A stretch of 64,000 nt of DNA from Octopus vulgaris (taxonomy: Eukaryota): NCBI GenBank assembly GCA_951406725.2, contig OX597834.1, forward strand, positions 5,704,001-5,768,000, written 5' to 3'. Shown here one piece after another: positions 56,071 to 64,000 of the stretch. Both the position numbers and the translations under genes were made by a program. The notes beneath the pieces are model-generated. The model made no database searches. It saw nothing but the letters and a program-made list of their open reading frames with translations, and had not been told where the DNA came from. How positions within the stretch are numbered: position 1 is the first letter of the stretch; every line of letters begins with the position of its first letter.

Positions 56071-57298
56071 CAACAACAAACAATAACACTTTTGAAGATG
56101 AATCTAAATTTAAATTTTGCAATTCATGTTGAAGGTTGTCAGACGTTATTAAATCAATGCATCCTTACTTTCTCCTCTTGTAAACATATCAGTTTAATGT
56201 TTTTGAATCTCTATGAATATAGAGGCGCAGGAGTGGCCATGTGGTAAGTAGCTTGCTTACCAACCACATGGTTCCGGGTTCAGTCCCACTGCGTGGCACC
56301 TTGGGCAAGTGTCTTCTACTATAGCCTCGGGCTGACCAAAGCTTTGTGAGTGGATTTGGTAGACGGAAACTGAAAGAAGCCCGTCGTATATCCCAGACCC
56401 CAGTTGAACCGTCCAACCCATGCTAGTATGGAAAGCGGACGCTAAACGATGATGATGATGATGATGATGATGATATATATATATACGTGCGTGTATGCTT
56501 GTGTATCTGTGTTTGTCCCCCTAGCATTGCTTGACAACCGATGCTGGTGTGTTTATGTCCCCGTCACTTAGCGGTTCGGCAAAAGAGACTGATAGAATAA
56601 GTACTGGGCTTACAAAGAATAAGTCCTGGGGTCGAGTTGCTTGACTAAAAGGCGGTGCTCCAGCATGGCCGCTGTCAAATGACTGAAACAAGTAAAAGAG
56701 TAAAGAGAGAGTATATATTCTCTTCTTTTATCTCATTACCAATTAGGTTTTAATGTTTCAACACAATTCTTGTTTCTCCTTAGTCCTACCTCAAGATGTC
56801 TCTCAACCAGTTCCCAGTGCCTTTATACCTTTCTCCACTGAAGAGTTACATAATAACTGGAGAACTACCGCTGGACTTCTTTCTCCTGCTTTCATGTTCT
56901 TGTCCACTTGTTTCAGTCATTTGACTGCGGCCATGCTGGAGCACCACCTTTAGTCGAGCAAATCGACCCCAGGACTTATTCTTTGTAAGCCCAGTACTTA
57001 TTCTATCGGTCTCTTTTTGCCGAACTGCTAAGTGATGGGGACGTAAACACACCAGCATCGGTTGTCAAGCAATGCTTGGGGGAAAAACACAGACACACGA
57101 ACACACACACATACATATATTTATATACATATACACGACAGGCTTCTTTCAGTTTCTGTCTACCAAATCCACTCACAAGGCATTGGTCAGCCCGGGGCTA
57201 TAGCAGAAGATACTTGCCCAAGATGCCACGCAGTGGGACTGAACCCGGAACCATGTGGTTGGTAAACAAGCTACTTACCACACAGCCACTCCTGCGCC
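55613..57298. mobile_element. Three OR-type SINEs in alternating orientation
   Basis: 55613-56021 (-), 56223-56706 (+, with an RTE-type tail inserted at ~56391-56473), 56906-57298 (-). Confidence 0.9.
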
Positions 57299-57439
57299 AA
57301 TGTGTACATTTACAAAAAGCAATTGTATTCTTGTATGGAATTTTTGTGCTTGTGAATGCTGGTTGGAAAGCTCTATAAACCTGATAGTTGGAAGCCGTAA
57401 ATATGAAGTAAAAATGGGTAAAGACATGTTAGAACCACT

Positions 57440-57950
57440 TCTAAAGCTTTCCTTCCTGCCAGCTGAAGTATTGGAATCTCATGTTCCTACTATTACAGCA
57501 GTTGCGGTTCTGATTATTTCTGGAATACCTGAAGTTCCTGACCTGTAATGCCAAGTAAAATTCCTGAATCACCTGAGATACCTGTAGTGAGTCAGGAAAG
57601 CTATTTGTGTTGCTACAGCATTGTACACTTGTGCTATGGCATATTCCAGCCAATCAAGGCTGGATGCATAGGAATATAAAAGGCAGTTCTCTGCCCTAGC
57701 AGAAAAGTGAGTTTTTTTTAGGCAGTTGGCGAAAAGATGGGGGTTGCAGCAACATTTCTTCTTTCAACATGAAACAGCTTTTGTGTTTTTCATCACCGTC
57801 TTCATGCAGCTCCCTTGAAGTTGTATCGGTTCTCAACTAGTTCCCTCTTGAACAACCTAGTTCATTTATGCTAACTTCACTCCTCCAAAAGTCTAAATGA
57901 CATCAGCCACTCTTTGCCTCATAATGAACTGTATATTTTTGTTTAAGATA
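57440..57950 (-). pseudogene. Possible Gypsy integrase C-terminal relic
   Basis: TPIFSPTA*KKLTFLLGQR (cf. TPH.TT..SPA.LL.GR) and QEFYLALQVRNFR (cf. F..GD.V.VRN); weak. Confidence 0.35.
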
Positions 57951-57963
57951 GCTTCATTATTTT

Positions 57964-58770
57964 TAGTTAGTTAGTTAGTTAGTTAATTTGGCTCAAAAGC
58001 AAATAACAAGGCCATGTAGGGGGACATGGAGTTAAGTACAGGGTGGTGTTCATGTAAAGAGATCAGGCCACTTGAGGTCAAGGGAGGCTTCGAACAAAGC
58101 AGTCATCGGCATCTTCACCATCTCGTCTAGCAGCTTGTTCCACGGATCCGCAACCCGGACGGAGAAAGCTCCTCTCCTTCGATTGAGATGAAATCGTCGC
58201 AGGTAGAGCTTTTCGGAATGACCCCGCAGCCGACGCTCTGGAGCAGGAGTGAAGAACAGCTCTTTCGAGAGGTTACACTTTCCGCTTATGATGTTGTGGG
58301 CGAGAATGAGATCACCACGGCGGCGGCGTTTTTCAAGAGAATAAAGGTCGAGCGTCCTCAGCCTTTCTTCATAGGACAAATTTTTGAGACCATGAACCAT
58401 GCAGGTAGCCAGCTTCTGGACTCTTTCGAGATGCTGTATATCTTTGAGGAGATAAGGAGAAGAGGCTTGAATCCCGTACTCCAATATGGGTCTCACCAGC
58501 GTGACATAGAGTGGTAGGAATATGGCTGCTGTGAGCATTCCGAATGACCGTTGAATCAAGAACAGAATTCCGCGTGCTTTGTTGGCAGCATGGACGCACT
58601 GGGCCGAAGGCGAAAAGGAGGAATCCACCAAGATACCCAGGTCCTTTACCTGATCGGTCCTCTCCAGCAGCAGATGACCCGGCTCAAAATCAAGTTGAGT
58701 TGCAGGAGGAGAGCCAACAGGCAGATGACAGCACTTTGACATGTTCAGACACAGGTCCCATTCGTTAGAC
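57964..58770 (-). mobile_element. 5'-truncated CR1-clade LINE (ORF2 C-terminus)
   Basis: 230-aa ORF 58050-58742: KDLGILVD...LYVTLVRPILEY...LERVQ...SYEERL...RRRGDLI...RGH...WNKL; short 3' UTR and (AACT)n tail. Confidence 0.92.
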
Positions 58771-59014
58771 CACTTTTTACCTCACAACTGCTTTCAACAG
58801 AATCAATTTTGTGCAAAAGTATGTTATAATACTTTACCTGCCTCACATACGCATACAGGCTACACATCTTGCTACTTGTCAACTCTCGTTCCTATTTTGA
58901 TAAAATTACAATGTTTTGTTTAAAAACTGCCTTCTGATGTTCATTTACACATGCTTCTCACTAGCGTATGTAATAGACTTTGTCACCAACACTTTCATAC
59001 TTTAAATAAGTGAC

Positions 59015-59246
59015 CTATTTCTTTAATACCCACAAGGGGCTAAACACAGAAGGGACAAACAAGGACAGACAAACGGATTAAGTCGATTACATCGACTCCA
59101 GTGTGCAACTGGTACTTAATTTATCGACCCCGAAAGGATGAAAGGCAAAGTTGATCTTGGCGGAATTTGAACTTTGAACGTAAAGACAGACGAAATACGG
59201 CTACGCATTTCGCCCGGCGTGCTAACGACTCTGCCAGCTCGCCACC
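59015..59246 (-). mobile_element. OK/Meta-like SINE
   Basis: Family body and head. Confidence 0.88.
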
Positions 59247-59675
59247 ACCCTCACTAAATGTCAACTACCGCTGATTCTCCATTGTGCAACCCTGTTGTCT
59301 CCCCCAGTACATCTGAAGGACCGACTGGTTCCGAAGTTCGTAGAACAAGTCATAGGCGTCAACCAATCTATGTTTAATGATTTACAATGTGTAGAAAACA
59401 TATTACTGGATGGAAGTGTACTGAAAAGAACATGGAAGCAGGGGAAATAACTCCAGTATTGTCTGGATATCTATGTCACTCTTCAACAAAAGTTCTTTGT
59501 ATTAACGATAGGGGCATTCTTGAATCAATACTAAGGAGAAACAAGTGTTGTATTGAAACTCCACTGTGCATTCTTTGCATTGATTTAAACCCATAGAGAC
59601 ATCAGTGAGTATCATATTTTACTAGTTATATCTTCTTTTAATATTCCTGCTGTTCTGCAATAAGTATTTCATAAT

Positions 59676-60265
59676 ATTTCGTTTTGGGATTTGGTTTGCA
59701 AGATTCTTTATATGAGTTTGTGTGTTGAAGCATATTCTGTTGTGTCTGGGGAGAGTCATATTCTTTTTGTGCCTTATTATGTAACACACGCACCGGTAAA
59801 ATTTCCACTTTTTTCTTATTTTTATTTCCCTAAAATTTTCGTTGCATCTTGCAACCTTTCAATAGTTTTGATTCTATTGAAAAGGTTGCAAGACACAACG
59901 AAAATTTTAGGGAAATAAAAATAAGAAAAAAGTGGAAATTTTACCAGTGAGTGTGTTATTGACTATTGAAAAGGTTGCAAAACTATTGAAAAGGTTGCAA
60001 GATGCGACGAAAATTTTAGGGAAATAAAAATAAGAAAAAAGTGGAAATTTTACCAGTGAGTGTGTTATTGACTATTGAAAAGGTTGCAAAACTATTGAAA
60101 AGGTTGCAAGATGCGACGAAAATTTTAGGGAAATAAAAATAAGAAAAAAGTGGAAATTTTACCAGTGAGTGTGTTATTGACTATTGAAAAGGTTGCAAGA
60201 CGCAACGAAAATTTTAGGGAAATAAAAATAAGAAAAAAGACTCTCCCCAGACACAACAGAATATT
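59676..60265. mobile_element. PLE-type fold-back element with a tandem array of hammerhead-like units
   Basis: Minus copy ending at 59865 abuts four plus copies (59874, 59983, 60092, 60181); same family as 13052-13560. Confidence 0.7.
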
Positions 60266-60784
60266 TTATAATAATTTTCTATTCAAAGACTTGCCCTACC
60301 TTTCTATATTTATGACAGTATACAATTTCTTAAGTCAAAGTTTTCAATGGATTTATTCTAAATACAGTTATTCTTTCTTTTTTTGCTCTTTGAAATTCAA
60401 TTATCCTCCAGTTGCGAACATTACAATCATAACATATTACTAAGTCAGCTATAGTACCGATGCTTATCATCTTAGTGCTCACCTTTATCTCGATTCCAAG
60501 TATTAATCTAATGCAAATATAATATCCTCTCCTAATATTTTCAGTGCATGTGCTCTGTTCGAGTTCATTAATTCTTAACTACTTCTAAGTTTAGTCTGAT
60601 TCTCTTTTATCTCTGTTTCCTTATCTAATATAGTATTAATGGTTAGTATTACTATTCAACAGCTCCATTGTAGGCTTTCACTGTGCTGCCTAATACAGCA
60701 ACAAGTTGCTCTAGGCAGTGCTGCAGTATGGCCACAGTCTAATGACTGAAACAAGTAAAAGGTAAAAGATATATATACGTATGT

Positions 60785-60832
<48 letters not shown>

Positions 60833-60904
60833 GTGTATGTATATATATCTATATATATATATATATGTGTATGTATATATATCTATATATATATATATAT
60901 ATAT

Positions 60905-61140
60905 ATGGCCGCAACGGCCTCGAACACACAAGTGCAAACAAGGGAGACAGAGAAAGGCAGAATGCCACTTATATTTGAAAACTATACAAATATTCCTTTA
61001 AAAAAACTTTTCTTTCAATTTTTCTAAATTTAATTATTTAACCGTTACAGTTGAAAAGGTCTCAAAATGACTGAAACCGGTACTGAAATGTTCTTTATAA
61101 AATTATTTTAGCATTTTCTATTTTGACTTGTTTTTTCATA
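60905..61140 (+). mobile_element. PLE-type short element with U3-A8 hammerhead-like motif (61045-61088)
   Basis: cag-TTGAAAA-ggtc tcaaaat gact-GAA-ACCGGT-A-ctg; (TA)n on both sides. Confidence 0.55.
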
Positions 61141-61172
61141 TATATATGTATGTATATATATATATATGTATG

Positions 61173-61226
<54 letters not shown>

Positions 61227-61227
61227 C

Positions 61228-61260
<33 letters not shown>

Positions 61261-61265
61261 CATAC

Positions 61266-61352
<87 letters not shown>

Positions 61353-61387
61353 CATACATACATACATATATATATATATATACATAC

Positions 61388-61450
<63 letters not shown>

Positions 61451-61460
61451 CATATATATA

Positions 61461-61690
61461 TGTCCGAAGCCAGGACGCCATGATAGATCATTAGCTCCTA
61501 CACGCATTTCTTTTCTCTCTTTGTTTCTCTTCTTGTTTTTTTCTGTGTATCTTTCTGTCGAAGAGCATATGCTCGAAACATAAAAGACTTTTTCTATTTC
61601 TATTCCTGAGCGCTATACTAATACATTTGTTTGTTTTGTACTCCACCTGCCTTCGTCTTTTGTTTATTTTCGTAAACTTTCCCGTTATAT
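61461..61690 (+). mobile_element. PLE-type short element with hammerhead-like motif (61550-61587)
   Basis: tcttt-CTGTCGA-a-gagc atat gctc-GAA-ACAT-A-aaaga; (TA)n on both sides. Confidence 0.65.
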
Positions 61691-61784
61691 ATATATAATA
61701 ATAATAATATTCGGAGTATAACTCCAAATTTACAGGGAAAAATTCAATTTAGTATTAAATCAAATTTCACAATATAAATATATA

Positions 61785-62135
61785 AAATATAAATTAGAGA
61801 TAAAACCACTTTTATGCAACTCAAATAGTGATAGACATAAACCAATATAAAAATAACAAATAATATATATAATAATAATTAATTTTCTTTTTTTTTTCAA
61901 AAGTATAAAATGAATGATGAATATAATATAATAAGTAAATATATTATATTTATCATTAATTTTATACTTTTTAGAAAAAATAAAATAAGAAAATAAAATA
62001 AATAAATAAAAATTTTAAAATATTAAAAAATTAATTATTATTATATATATTACTTGTTATTTTTGTATTGGTTTACGTCTATCACTGTTTGAGTTGCATA
62101 ATAGTGGTTTTATCTCTAATTTATATTTAATATAT
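61785..62135. repeat. Long AT-rich fold-back palindrome
   Basis: aattagagataaaaccact...tgcaactcaaatagtgatagac is inverted at 62075-62125. Confidence 0.85.
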
Positions 62136-62227
62136 ATATATTCACATGTGCACATATATAGGTTAGTGTATATACATACATGATATATATGCATTTGTGT
62201 GTGTATATGCAAATACATACATAATTA

Positions 62228-62393
62228 GGCGCAGGAGTGGCTGTGTGGTAAGTAGCTTGCTAACCAACCACATGGTTCCGGGTTCAGTCCCACTGCGTGG
62301 CATCTTGGGCAAATGTCTTCTGCTATAGCCCCCGGGCCGACCAATGCCTTGTGAGTGGATTTGGTAGACGGAAACTGAAAGAAGCCTGTCGTA

Positions 62394-62426
<33 letters not shown>

Positions 62427-62638
62427 GTTTGTGTGTCTGTGTTTGTCCCCCTAGCATTGCTTGACAACCGATGCTGGTGTATTTACGTCCCCGTCACTTA
62501 GCGGTTCGGCAAAAGAGACCGATAGAATAAGTACTGGGCTTACAAAGAATAAGTCCCGGGGTCGATTTGCTCGACTAAAGGCGGTGCTCCAGCATGGCTG
62601 CAGTCAAATGACTGAAACAAGTAAAAGAGTAAAAGAGT
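62228..62638 (+). mobile_element. OR-type SINE, full length
   Basis: Family structure. Confidence 0.92.
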
Positions 62639-62902
62639 ATAATTACAGTCACTATTATATGCACATATTGTTTTTATCTAAGAATTTATCTATCTAGCAA
62701 GCTAGTTTATCCACCCAGTTTGCTACCCACTTATTTACCTACCGGGAAACATTTCTATAATATTAGCAATGCTTTCCTAATTGCCAAACAAAAATAGCTA
62801 ATTGCTAAGTTTATGGAATTTACTGCTAAATTTTCAGTTGTTAAAGAATGTTATGAAAGGCCATTTACTTTATTTTGTGACATAGCGTTTTGCTATTAAA
62901 AG

Positions 62903-63017
62903 TGTAGGCTTTCACTGTGCTTCCTAATACAGCAACAAGTTGCTCTAGGCAGTGCTGCAGTATGGCCACAGTCTAATGACTGAAACAAGTAAAAGGTAAA
63001 AGATATATATATGTATG

Positions 63018-63072
<55 letters not shown>

Positions 63073-63205
63073 GAAGTCAGGACGCCATGATAGATCGTTA
63101 GCTCCTACACGCATTTCTTTTCTCTCTTTGTTTCAGTGCATGTGCTCTGTTCGAGTTCATTAATTCTTAACTACTTCTAAGTTTAGTCTGATTCTCTTTT
63201 ATCTC
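62903..63205 (+). repeat. Rearranged local duplication of 60539-61527
   Basis: Segments match 60669-~60800, 61461-61527 and 60539-60613 in permuted order. Confidence 0.85.
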
Positions 63206-63436
63206 CGTGGTGAGATGGCAGAATTGTTATCATGCTGGGTAAAATGCTTAGCAGCATTTCAGCAGCTCTTACGTACTGAGCCCAAATTTTGCTGAGGTTG
63301 ACTTTCTCTTTCATCCTTTCTGGAGGGGTCGATAAAATAAGTACCAGTTGAATACTAGAGTTGATGTAATCAACGAATCCCCACCAACTAAAATTACTGG
63401 CATTTTGCCAAAATTTAAAGCTATTATTAATAAAGA

Positions 63437-63785
63437 ATGTTTTGATTTCAAACTCCATCTGTCTAACACCCGTGGACATGTTTACAAAGTCAGAAAACAG
63501 CACAGCTCCCATGACTTTCGGAAACATTTTTCCACGCTAAGAGTTGCTGAAGCATGGAACAGACTGCCGGCATCAGTTGTTAGTTGTCAGAGAACTGCAT
63601 CCTTCAAAACTTCCATGCTTCATGAGATTCACCAACACTACACCTGGTTTTCTCCTCTCCATACACACGCAAGCATGTATCTGACTCATACACTGTTCAC
63701 TTCCCAGACATTTGTACATTACTGCATATGCTTTATATGCACTTTTGACAAGTTGTGGTGCACCTGAGCACTGTATACAATAATT

Positions 63786-63850
<65 letters not shown>
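63437..63850 (+). mobile_element. CR1-clade LINE 3' end with (ATT)n tail
   Basis: NTRGHVYKVRKQ...RKHFSTLRVAEAWNRLPASVV...ASFK, 3' UTR, (ATT)n. Confidence 0.85.
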
Positions 63851-64000
63851 AAATCATTAGAGCATCAGCAAAATGCCTTGTGGCATTTGTTTTGACTCCT
63901 TGCATTCTGAGTTCAAATTCTACTAGGATAAGATATATAAAATAACTGCATCGACTACCCTTCTCATCTCAAAATTGCTGGCATTGTATTAAAATTAGAA

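Noticed and set aside
56050-56110. VLLFVVVNKW resembling a GTPase NKxD motif
   Set aside because: Asp missing, no P-loop nearby, and it overlaps the start of the Gypsy gag relic

Overview
AT-rich, microsatellite- and transposon-saturated eukaryotic DNA. The SINE families match those I know from Octopus (OK/OR-type), so this is probably octopus intergenic or intronic sequence (inference). I can support no intact host gene, rRNA, tRNA or CRISPR array; almost all listed ORFs are microsatellite or SINE artefacts. The window holds about 25 tRNA-derived CORE-like SINEs, about 15 OK/Meta-like SINE units, a structured (GAT)n-tailed RTE-related family (once amplified as a 338-bp array), mariner and maT relics, a Helitron, piggyBac-like MITEs, CR1/RTE LINE ends, a solo LTR, ancient Gypsy relics and Penelope-like (PLE) fragments. 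The best signal is 12 minimal type I hammerhead-like motifs from five short PLE-type families, mostly beside (TA)n. Two families share a compensatory U3-A8 core (TTGAAAA), and one forms a retrozyme-like tandem array at 59.8-60.2 kb. Also notable are a circularly permuted local duplication and a SINE flanked by ~190-bp direct repeats. All calls were made by eye; boundaries of degenerate elements are approximate.
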